42,888 nt of DNA from a virus: IMG/VR virus record IMGVR_UViG_3300025838_000008, one strand, 5' to 3'. The translations under genes and the position numbers were made by a program. Numbering within the stretch: the first letter of the stretch is position 1; the number at the start of each line of letters is the position of its first letter. The notes under the pieces were generated by a model, which was not told the DNA's origin, searched no databases, and saw only the letters and a program-made list of their open reading frames with translations. Shown here piece by piece: positions 7,162-15,205 of this stretch.

Positions 7162-8550
7162 TTAGTCGATCGTGAGCGACGTGTTGAAGTAGACCGAAGC
7201 GGTGCTTGAGTTGATGTAGGGCTTGACTGTTCCGTCCGAGCCCACCAACAAGAAAGCGCCTTCGTAGTTTCCAGACCCCGCCGACGAGCCGTTTGCCGCG
7301 GAAGCAATGTATTGCGACCCCGAAGGCCGGTAACCGGCCGGCAACGTAAACGCGGACGTCGTGCCCGAGCCGGACCCTGCTTGGCCGTTGAATCGCAAAA
7401 TATTGCCGGTCAGTCGATACGACACCCCACCGGACCACGAGTTCGTCAACGTGGCCGAGATCCAGCCTGAGTCTTGGGCCCCTTCGACGATGTACCAGTT
7501 GGTTCCGTCGGCAAACAAAGTGACGTGAGCTCCGGTCGCCCCGAGCAAAATGCTGGTTGCGCTTGCAGCAACGCCCAAGCCCTTGATGTTTCCGCTTGCA
7601 GCCGTGACCGTAGTGGGTGCGGACCCGGTGCCGTTGGCCGACATGACGCGCACGACTGTCCCGAGGGTTGGGGTCGGCAACGTGACGGTGTACGCGCCCG
7701 ACATAAGAACGCTGTCGCCCGCCGAAGCCGTGTAGTTCGCGCTTTTTGCCGTCCAGTTGTTGACGCTTACGGTTGCAGCGGTTCCAGCGGCGTCAAAATC
7801 TGTCGTCGCGTGAGTCGCAGCCGTCCCGAGGCCGAGGCTCGATCGAGCCGCGGACGCACTCGCAAGGTCGGACAGGTTTGCGGATTTGGCGGCGGCGGCG
7901 TTCGCGGTTGCTTGGGCTGCGGATTCGGCCGCGCGCGCGGTCGCCGCTTCTGCGGTGAGGTTGGTCTGCACCGTTGCTGCGGCTCCTGCCGCATCGAAGT
8001 CCGTTGACGCGTGCGTGGCGGCAGTTCCCAGCCCGAGGCTCGACCTCGAGGCCGAAGCACTTGCCACGTCGCTCAGGTTGTTGGCAATCAAAAGCCCGGG
8101 GTTCGACACCCACGTCGGGATTGACCCGTTCGATTGCAGAATGTAGTTGGCCGACCCGATGCCGATGCGCGACCACACCGCGCCAGTGGCGTTGCTGAGG
8201 TACACCATGTCGCCCGCCGTGGTCATCGCCCACAACTTTGTTTGCATGTCGGTCAATGTCGTCGCGTCAGGAGTGTGGACAACGGGCGCGCCAGCCAAGT
8301 GCGTCTGCGCCGTGGTGCCGTCCCACCCGCGCTGGTCCACGGTCACGGTCGTCCCCGAGTACGACACAACGCGCACGGTTTCCTGCAAGTTGGCATCGCC
8401 CTGGTCGATGGTCAAAGAGAACGCGGTCCCCGACGCCGGCCACCCTGTCGTTGACACAACGGTAAACGTGGTCGCCGTGGTGGACGTGATCGCCGCGGCC
8501 AGTGTGGTCGAAACGGCCCCACCTGCGTACTGCATCTTTACGTTTGCCAC
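7162..8550 (-). CDS. tail fiber protein
   Basis: Two copies of the NLSD[VL]ASASA.RSSLGLGTAATHA.TDFDAAG motif typical of phage fibers. Ala/Thr/Ser-rich. Located between the tail genes and the lysis cassette. Confidence 0.7.
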   Translation of the reverse strand: MANVKMQYAGGAVSTTLAAAITSTTATTFTVVSTTGWPASGTAFSLTIDQGDANLQETVRVVSYSGTTVTVDQRGWDGTTAQTHLAGAPVVHTPDATTLTDMQTKLWAMTTAGDMVYLSNATGAVWSRIGIGSANYILQSNGSIPTWVSNPGLLIANNLSDVASASASRSSLGLGTAATHASTDFDAAGAAATVQTNLTAEAATARAAESAAQATANAAAAKSANLSDLASASAARSSLGLGTAATHATTDFDAAGTAATVSVNNWTAKSANYTASAGDSVLMSGAYTVTLPTPTLGTVVRVMSANGTGSAPTTVTAASGNIKGLGVAASATSILLGATGAHVTLFADGTNWYIVEGAQDSGWISATLTNSWSGGVSYRLTGNILRFNGQAGSGSGTTSAFTLPAGYRPSGSQYIASAANGSSAGSGNYEGAFLLVGSDGTVKPYINSSTASVYFNTSLTID

Positions 8551-8559
8551 TTGTATCTC

Positions 8560-10833
8560 CTAAGTAGTCAGCGAAATAAGTTTGACAGTCAATTTGCCGT
8601 TGAACCAGTCGCGGTTGTCGTTCGGGCGTTCGGGGACGAACTTGATTTGGTCGATGACCGCTTGACGAGAATACGAGCCCATTGTGAGCTGCACGACTTC
8701 GCCCGATTCTTCCAAACCCTTGAGGTACGCGTATTCGTTCCACGTGTCAAGGGATTTGGTGTCCCCGTTTATGTCGCGCACGCGGTCGGCCCACAAAAGC
8801 TGCAGCGTGATTTGGTCTTGGCGCGGAGCGACCACCAACGCTTTCAGAATGTGGCTGGTGAAGTACGGCGATTGCGTCGGGTCCGACCCTTGGGTGAGCG
8901 TGATAATCGGCATGAACCGGTCGCCCACGGTAAGGCCGGCCGAGAACGGGTTGTCGAGGCCGGTCGAACTGGTGACGGAATTGGATCCGGCGTGCGTGGT
9001 GGTGGACATGTCCTGAGCCACGACGTCATAGGAAACCGTCGCACCGTCGGGCAACGGTTCGTGCTGAATGTCTACGTCGACGAGGATCTTGGACTCAAGT
9101 GTTCCGTAGCGCACCCAACCCGGCTCCAACCAACCGGACGCGACCACACTGGTCGAGGGCACGTACAGCGTGTAAGTCCCCGAATTGTTGACCACAAAAT
9201 ACGGTTGCCCGTTGACGATGGTGACCTGCGTAGTGACGCCGGCGGTTGCGCCCACCATGTCGGTTGCGTAGGCCGGAATGCCGGGATCTGTGTATTGGCT
9301 AAGGTCGCAACGCCCCACGCCACCTACCGTCGTGCGCGATGCCCATGCTTCGGACATGTTCATGTTGGACCAGCCGAAATACCCGTACTGGCCGTAGCAC
9401 GCCACCGCCTCGACGCTGCCGGGGTCGCTGATAACAGGGCCAACGTTGAAAACGCCAAGGCTGTCCGGCTTGGACCCTTGACGAATTCCACGCGACGTTC
9501 CGAGCAGGACCGCACCGGCTTCGTAGACAATCGAGTTGATTTGTTCTCCAACCCCTAACGACGTCGCCCATACAGGGGGAGCAAGCGTAGCCCCCGAGGT
9601 CGCGCTGTCGGGGGCTACGGCCCCGATGTACGACACCGTTCCGGCGTACCCCCCAACAAGGATCGCTGTTTCACACTCGCAACCGGTGGTAAAGGTGAAC
9701 GAGGGATTGACGTGCTGGTAGATGAAAGTCGTGTTGCCGCTCGCCAGAATCTCCACGAGGTCGCGGCCAGTCGAAGCCAGCAAATGACCTTTGGCGTACA
9801 GCAACCACGTCGCAGGGTACGGAGTCGTGCCCGTGCCGTCCGTGGTGGGGTGGGATTGCGTGGTCCCGGTTGCCGAACCATCGTCCACAAATGAGGGAAT
9901 GGCCCCCGTGTAGACCAGCGTGTTCGTGCCGCGGTAAACGTTGAACGCCGTGGCGTTGGTGTTCGCTGCCCACGTCAAGGAAATGGGCGTGCCGGCAACG
10001 GTGACCGTGGCGCTAGTCGCCGCCGTTTCGTTGCCAAAAGCATCGACGGCGCTGACATAGTACGTCGTTGATCCGTCAGGAAGGTTGGTCGCGTTCTTGG
10101 TGCCGGTGGCTTCGGCGGCAACGGTCAAGCTTTGCGGAGCGGTCAGGTGCGCCGGAGTCGCGGCGGCGGTCACCGTCCACGTGCCAGCGGTTAGGACAAA
10201 GACGCCCTGGCTTCCGCACGCAAACCACAGACGCGTGCCGTCCGTTGCAAGGCTGGTGATGACGTTGGTGTTGGTGACGCCGCTGGTTACTTTGGTCCAC
10301 GTCGAAGTCCCATGCACCACGGGGGACGCGGTGTAGTAAATGTCCTTGCCGTCCGTGCGAATGATGTAGTTGCCTACCTGCGCGATCAACAAGTTCGAGG
10401 TTGACGTCGCTTCCGCGTTGGTGCCGGGGAGCAACGAAAACGAACCGTAGTTCCACACGTTGACGCCTTGTGATTTCCAAAAGCGCGTTCGGATCGACGG
10501 CAATTCTCCCGAGTGCAGGTACACGCCGGCCATTGCGAACCGGTTGTCCATGTATTTCTGACCGGCACCGAGGAACCAATTGTCTTGAGCGCGTGGGAAC
10601 AAACCCGCCGCCGACAACGTTTGCTCGCCGGGCTCAGGGGAATCGTCAATGGACTGGCGCCGAATGGGAAGCGTCGTGATTTCAGTCGCCGCGTTCGGGC
10701 CCCACTCGAGTTCGTAGGGGTGCGAGTTGATGGACACGGAGTAAACAAACGGCACTTCGCTTGGTGCCGAGCCACCCGTGAAGTAATTGAACGGGGTGTG
10801 GAAGGGATTGTGGAAGGTCTTGAACTTCGCCAC
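8560..10833 (-). CDS. large tail structural protein (tubular-tail B/nozzle-like by position), with an FN3-like segment
   Basis: ORF-track 757 aa. Its position after the 317-aa protein and before the fiber mirrors the T7-like order. The segment SLTWAANTNATAFNVYRG looks FN3-like. Confidence 0.5.
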   Translation of the reverse strand: MAKFKTFHNPFHTPFNYFTGGSAPSEVPFVYSVSINSHPYELEWGPNAATEITTLPIRRQSIDDSPEPGEQTLSAAGLFPRAQDNWFLGAGQKYMDNRFAMAGVYLHSGELPSIRTRFWKSQGVNVWNYGSFSLLPGTNAEATSTSNLLIAQVGNYIIRTDGKDIYYTASPVVHGTSTWTKVTSGVTNTNVITSLATDGTRLWFACGSQGVFVLTAGTWTVTAAATPAHLTAPQSLTVAAEATGTKNATNLPDGSTTYYVSAVDAFGNETAATSATVTVAGTPISLTWAANTNATAFNVYRGTNTLVYTGAIPSFVDDGSATGTTQSHPTTDGTGTTPYPATWLLYAKGHLLASTGRDLVEILASGNTTFIYQHVNPSFTFTTGCECETAILVGGYAGTVSYIGAVAPDSATSGATLAPPVWATSLGVGEQINSIVYEAGAVLLGTSRGIRQGSKPDSLGVFNVGPVISDPGSVEAVACYGQYGYFGWSNMNMSEAWASRTTVGGVGRCDLSQYTDPGIPAYATDMVGATAGVTTQVTIVNGQPYFVVNNSGTYTLYVPSTSVVASGWLEPGWVRYGTLESKILVDVDIQHEPLPDGATVSYDVVAQDMSTTTHAGSNSVTSSTGLDNPFSAGLTVGDRFMPIITLTQGSDPTQSPYFTSHILKALVVAPRQDQITLQLLWADRVRDINGDTKSLDTWNEYAYLKGLEESGEVVQLTMGSYSRQAVIDQIKFVPERPNDNRDWFNGKLTVKLISLTT

Positions 10834-10841
10834 TGGCCCTC

Positions 10842-11795
10842 CTAGAAGTTCGTTGAGCGGTACGGCCAGTCAGTCAATTGGCGCTCGCGCACGTCGGCCA
10901 AGCGCAAGTCGGCCGTGCGCCGGTACTCCGTCGCAGCCTGCCCGATGGTCGCCATTGACACGTCCTGATCTTCGCGAGATTGGCCCATGACGTTGAGCAT
11001 GGAACGGCGCACCATCATGGACTTGAGCAAGCGCGCGATAGCCCCGAACTTGGGAATGTCGAGGTCGCGGCTGTCAAGCCCCACCTGCGTCAGCATGTCG
11101 GTCGAATCGTTCCAACTGGTGTCGACGTCGAACGCGCACGAGTAGATGACGTTGATGTTGCCGTTGTACGCCGGTGTCGCGTCGGTGAAGTAGATGGCCC
11201 TGCCCGATGGGAACACGCTGGTGTCGGCCTTGGCGTCGTAGCGAAACGGGTATTCCTGAATGGCCTGCGTGGTGTTCGAGTTGATCATTAGGTTCCAGCC
11301 GTACAACGGGTCATACGTCGGAACTTGCTGCGCGGTTATGCGCAGCACGTCGATCACTTGGTCACTCACGGAGAAGTCGTACCCGCGCTGGTTGAGAACC
11401 ATTGTGAGCTCGGTTTGCTTGATGGCAAACACTTGCGGGCCCCACGAACGGATCTCGTCGCGGATCCGCTGCGTCACCACCGAGCGCGTCCACGGCGGGT
11501 CCACCAAAACGGACGCCCCGAGAGCAGCGGTCGCCGGCGTGGTGTTGTCCCATCCTCGAACAACGACGGCGGTGAGGGCCGAGGGGTTCGTGGTGATGAC
11601 GTAGAGGGTTTCGTCTCCTACGACCAGCGTGGAGTTCGGAACGATACCCCCAAGGTCGTAGGAGAACGAGATGGTTTCCTGCGTTCCAGCCGAAGGCGCG
11701 TCAAGGGCGGCCGCCAAAAAGTTGATTTGGTCGCGCGTGGTGCCACGGAGTTCGTCAAAGCAATCGTCCACCAACTGTTTCAGGGTGAACGACAT
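10842..11795 (-). CDS. tail/adaptor structural protein (tubular-tail A-like by position)
   Basis: ORF-track 317 aa, tightly packed within the structural module. No motif recognised. Confidence 0.4.
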   Translation of the reverse strand: MSFTLKQLVDDCFDELRGTTRDQINFLAAALDAPSAGTQETISFSYDLGGIVPNSTLVVGDETLYVITTNPSALTAVVVRGWDNTTPATAALGASVLVDPPWTRSVVTQRIRDEIRSWGPQVFAIKQTELTMVLNQRGYDFSVSDQVIDVLRITAQQVPTYDPLYGWNLMINSNTTQAIQEYPFRYDAKADTSVFPSGRAIYFTDATPAYNGNINVIYSCAFDVDTSWNDSTDMLTQVGLDSRDLDIPKFGAIARLLKSMMVRRSMLNVMGQSREDQDVSMATIGQAATEYRRTADLRLADVRERQLTDWPYRSTNF

Positions 11796-11798
11796 GGG

Positions 11799-12617
11799 TT
11801 ACTTGACCTTGATCGTTGCGCGGCGCATGGCGCGGTTGGGGACAATGATGCGTTGCTCGGTTAGTTCGATCGCTTGCGGCGGTGGGGCCACGGGCGTCAG
11901 GTTCGATTGACCGGTGCGCCACATCGTTTCGTCCAGCAACACGGTTTTGTGGTGCCCGACTTTGGCGGAGGTGGCAACGTAGATCGGCCACGCGTTTGTT
12001 CCGTCGCCCGTTCGCACGCGCATACAGAATGTCCAGTCCTCTCCGAAGGTCCGACCGGCGTACACGCCTTCGGCAAACCACGGGTGGGGGTCGCCGTGGA
12101 GCCCACCAAGGATCTCGAGGATCCCCCGGTGGATGAGCAGGAAGGCCGCGCCAGTGGCGTCGACTTCAACAAACTCGCCTTCCTTCCATTCAGTGACGAT
12201 GCCAACGGGAGAACCGTTGTTCGTCGCTGGGTCGACGACACGGTACGTCGTCGGCATGATCTGGCCGTGGCCTCCCCCGAAGCACAGGCCACCGACGACA
12301 GGGTGCGTGACCTTGCCCTCGGTGTTCCGCATCCCGCGGAACAGTTCTTCAATGGCGCTGGGGTGCCAACTCATGTCGGCGTCCACCATCAGCAACCATT
12401 CGACGTCCTTCCAGTCCTCACGGGTCAGGAAAGAACGAACAATGTCGTTACGAGCTTCCGCGATGCGCGGCCCCGACTCGACGCGAAAGTGCCCTCGGTA
12501 AATGTCCGTGCCCGCGGCGCGCAACGTTTCCTGCAAAGAATGGGCAAACCAGCCGGAAACTTGTCCGGGGTCTGCCCATCCAATGACAAACGGTTCGACA
12601 ACAGGGGAATCGGTCAC
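11799..12617 (-). CDS. GT-A/GT2-like glycosyltransferase
   Basis: GTG 12617 in a GTGA overlap with the upstream stop. WLLMVDADMSW (DxD), DATGAAFLLIHR and GEDWTFCMR are typical GT2 signatures. The first 117 codons of ORF 11799..12968 overlap another gene and are discounted. Confidence 0.7.
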   Translation of the reverse strand: MTDSPVVEPFVIGWADPGQVSGWFAHSLQETLRAAGTDIYRGHFRVESGPRIAEARNDIVRSFLTREDWKDVEWLLMVDADMSWHPSAIEELFRGMRNTEGKVTHPVVGGLCFGGGHGQIMPTTYRVVDPATNNGSPVGIVTEWKEGEFVEVDATGAAFLLIHRGILEILGGLHGDPHPWFAEGVYAGRTFGEDWTFCMRVRTGDGTNAWPIYVATSAKVGHHKTVLLDETMWRTGQSNLTPVAPPPQAIELTEQRIIVPNRAMRRATIKVK

Positions 12618-12928
12618 CGGTAAAAGACCGACCCTACGCAGCCCGAAGCACCCGTTTTCACGAAGCACCCGTTGGTCAGGTAAATCCCCTGCTCTGCAAG
12701 GAATTCCTTGGACGAGTTCGCCGGCACGGTGATGCTGAAAATCTTGTCGCCGCTTGCGCTTGGCGCGGCTGGCGCTCGACCGTCTGTGGTGCCGTCCACC
12801 GTGTAGAAGTCCACGATGACGGCTGAACCTGACGTGTTGTTGAGAACCCAACCGCAAATGAGAACCTGGTACGGGGCCATCGGAGGGCCGATGATTTCGC
12901 CCGTGTTGTCTACTTTCTGCGCCTTCAT
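12614..12928 (-). CDS. hypothetical virion-module protein
   Basis: ATG 12928 with AAGGAG 4 nt upstream. 104 aa. Directly downstream of the capsid gene. Confidence 0.55.
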   Translation of the reverse strand: MKAQKVDNTGEIIGPPMAPYQVLICGWVLNNTSGSAVIVDFYTVDGTTDGRAPAAPSASGDKIFSITVPANSSKEFLAEQGIYLTNGCFVKTGASGCVGSVFYR

Positions 12929-12949
12929 GTGACTCCTTTGCAAAGACCA

Positions 12950-12988
12950 AACGGGCTGGCCTACCCACGAAGGATAGACCAGCCCGTT
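12950..12988 (-). terminator. hairpin (partial terminator) after the major capsid gene
   Basis: aacgggctgg / ccagcccgtt form a 10-bp stem with a 19-nt loop. On the minus strand it is followed by UUGGUCUUUG. Confidence 0.5.
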
Positions 12989-13001
12989 CGACCTGTGGTG
13001 G

Positions 13002-14120
13002 CTAGGTCAGTGCGTTGAACTGCGCACCGTGCAACTGACGGCGCACCTTCAACGTGGACTCACCGACAACCTGACCCTTGATGGAGTCACCGGTCTTGGC
13101 GAGCATCTCGAACCCGAACGGGCGAAGGTGGCAAAGTTCCACCTGCTCGCGGGCAAAGATGAACGCCTGATTCGGCAAGCACCAGCGGTCGAGGATGATC
13201 GACATGCGCCCGAAGTCCGAGTCGTAGAAGTCCACGATCTGACCACGGCCGTTCTCCTGGCGTCCGAATCGGATATTGCCCGACTGGACCTGAGAGAACG
13301 TCTGCTTCTGCTTCGCACCAACGAGGAAACGGTCAGGCCGCCCACCGTTGTTGAAGCAGTTGGTCAGCTGCGTGAGGACCGCCGACTCGGAAATCGTCGT
13401 GGTGGACGAGTCCACGTTCGACGACAACCAGTAGGACAGACCGCCCATCGAGCGACCGACTGAGCCGGTGCCGACGTAGCGCTGACCGTTGATGATTGCC
13501 TGCTCACGGGTGACCGCCTGCTCCTGCAAACGGCGCATGACCTGGTGGTCAAACTCCGTGGTCGGAATGCCGTACTTCTGCACGACATTTTCGGTGGCCG
13601 ACAGCGTGATCGCCACGGGACCGAAAATCTGCGTGTAGTTGTAGACGTCCACGCGGTCCTTCATGCGGGCCGGCGGCGGGTCGGAACCTTCGGCCAAAGC
13701 CGAACCAACGCCAATGATCGTTGCGCCAGTGGCGGCGGTCGCAGCGGTGGTCGAAGCCCAGCCTCGAGTCACGGTGAGCGCACCACCGGAAATGCCGGTG
13801 ATGTTCATTTGCTCGGAGCCAACCTGAACCACGTCACCGGTCTGGAATCGCAAACCATCGGCCGTGGCGACGTTGATCGTCGTGGCCGTGGTCGTCGAAA
13901 TCTGAGACGACAGCGTGGTCTTGGGCAGGAGCAGGTTTTCCTCGAGCCATTCGACTTTGACCTCAGTGGCTTCTCCGACAGCAAGGGCCGAAAGGCCGTC
14001 TGCGCCGTACATGCCCTGTAGGGCGACCTCGAACGGGTCAAGCGTGGTGATGAAGTTCTCGATATCGAGACGTACACCAGTGGGGAGGTCATATGACTGA
14101 CCAGTACCCGGATTTGCCAT
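13002..14120 (-). CDS. major capsid protein (HK97-fold, SU10/DUF5309-like)
   Basis: 372 aa directly after the scaffold-like gene. VKVEWLEENL..., FQTGDVVQVGSEQMNITGISGGALTVTRGW... and AEGSDPP resemble the SU10-type capsid family pattern as I recall it. A terminator hairpin follows. Confidence 0.7.
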   Translation of the reverse strand: MANPGTGQSYDLPTGVRLDIENFITTLDPFEVALQGMYGADGLSALAVGEATEVKVEWLEENLLLPKTTLSSQISTTTATTINVATADGLRFQTGDVVQVGSEQMNITGISGGALTVTRGWASTTAATAATGATIIGVGSALAEGSDPPPARMKDRVDVYNYTQIFGPVAITLSATENVVQKYGIPTTEFDHQVMRRLQEQAVTREQAIINGQRYVGTGSVGRSMGGLSYWLSSNVDSSTTTISESAVLTQLTNCFNNGGRPDRFLVGAKQKQTFSQVQSGNIRFGRQENGRGQIVDFYDSDFGRMSIILDRWCLPNQAFIFAREQVELCHLRPFGFEMLAKTGDSIKGQVVGESTLKVRRQLHGAQFNALT

Positions 14121-14129
14121 GATCTTTCC

Positions 14130-14462
14130 TTAGTTTTGAGGGGACGAACTGGCGTTTGCCAGCCGCTTTCTGTTTTCTTCGATGACACGGCGCTTGGAGT
14201 CGTACTCTTTTTGACCCATGATTTCGCCATCACTTCGGAGATACGGCATCACTGACCCATCGGGCCGGTGTGATACCGGGATCCCTGCCTCATAGGAATT
14301 GCTGGAACCTCGCGGGGGGGTTTTGGAATACGTGCGCGTTGGAAAGTCCGAGGGCTTCCCAAGTCGAACGCCTTGGATGACGCACTTGAAACAATCTCCG
14401 TACTCGCGAGTTCCGCACAAAGCGTCGTCGTGAGGCGGTCGGTTGCTGGGCGTCAGAGCCAT
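14130..14462 (-). CDS. hypothetical protein between scaffold and capsid
   Basis: ATG 14462, 5 nt after the scaffold stop (TAAGGAAATG). 110 aa. The ORF-track extension to 14546 overlaps the scaffold gene. Confidence 0.5.
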   Translation of the reverse strand: MALTPSNRPPHDDALCGTREYGDCFKCVIQGVRLGKPSDFPTRTYSKTPPRGSSNSYEAGIPVSHRPDGSVMPYLRSDGEIMGQKEYDSKRRVIEENRKRLANASSSPQN

Positions 14463-14466
14463 TTCC

Positions 14467-15003
14467 TTAGTTCCCGTTGATCTCAGCGAACTTGGCCTGA
14501 ACTTGCATGGCAAACGCAGCTGCGCGGGCGGTGTCCTGAGGGGCACCGCTGCGAATTGCGTTCTGATAGAAGTCGTGGCTGGCCTGCACGGGGTCCGGGG
14601 GGGCGAGCGTTCCAGAGTTGGCCCCGTCCGTCAGAGCGTTGCGCTCGGCGGTTCCGGTGGGTTCGTTGGTCGGCGTGCCTTCCGTTGTCGTGGTGGCCGT
14701 GTTGTTCCCTTCGGTCGTGGTGGCGGCAGGTGTCGACTGTCCGGCGATGATCGTCGGGTCGAACTCCGCGGCATCGGCCAGAATCGCGTCCTTGCTCTTA
14801 ATGTCGCCCTTGAAAGTCTCGGCAAAGGCTTGGCCCTTTCGGGTGGACAAGTCAATACCGGCTTCCATGAGAGCAACTTTGCGCTCAAGTTCTGCGGCTC
14901 GTGCCTCAGCCTCCGACGCCTTCTGGCTGGCGGTTACTGCGAAAGTACGCAGTTGGCTACCAGCATCCGGGTCGTTGAGGTCAATGTCGTCAATTCCTGC
15001 CAT
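14467..15003 (-). CDS. scaffolding protein (positional)
   Basis: 178 aa, acidic, with a predicted coiled-coil N-terminus (SEAEARAAELERKVALMEAG) and a Thr-rich middle. It lies immediately upstream of the capsid gene. Confidence 0.55.
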   Translation of the reverse strand: MAGIDDIDLNDPDAGSQLRTFAVTASQKASEAEARAAELERKVALMEAGIDLSTRKGQAFAETFKGDIKSKDAILADAAEFDPTIIAGQSTPAATTTEGNNTATTTTEGTPTNEPTGTAERNALTDGANSGTLAPPDPVQASHDFYQNAIRSGAPQDTARAAAFAMQVQAKFAEINGN

Positions 15004-15119
15004 GTCATCTCCGTTTCTACGCCCGTGACGTGGAGATACGCCACGAGGATTGGGTTTCGGTGAAAATCAGAGTCCCCTCGCTACCGAGGACGCGAGGCTC
15101 CGCTGGTCTGCATACGCAA

Positions 15120-15141
15120 ACAGGGGCGACGAACCCCCTGT
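15120..15141 (-). terminator. intrinsic terminator after the tailspike gene
   Basis: ACAGGGG-N8-CCCCUGU followed by UUGCGU on the minus strand, inside the 200-nt spacer 15004..15205. Confidence 0.55.
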
Positions 15142-15205
15142 CCGGGGTGTCGGCCATCAAGGGATTTCTCCCGACAGCTCCAACGATCAGGAGTGTAGCG
15201 CACGC

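Noticed and set aside
8551-9558. Long opposite-strand ORFs (for example 8551..9558, 6320..7144, 32437..33486, 16709..17407 and 11874..12623 on the plus strand)
   Set aside because: These are GC-rich shadow ORFs antisense to well-supported structural genes. The translations are Arg/Gly/Val-rich and lack an RBS or start context.
12618-12968. N-terminal 117 codons of ORF 11799..12968
   Set aside because: They overlap gene 12614..12928 in another frame and are Arg/His-rich. A GTGA-coupled GTG at 12617 gives a clean glycosyltransferase start.
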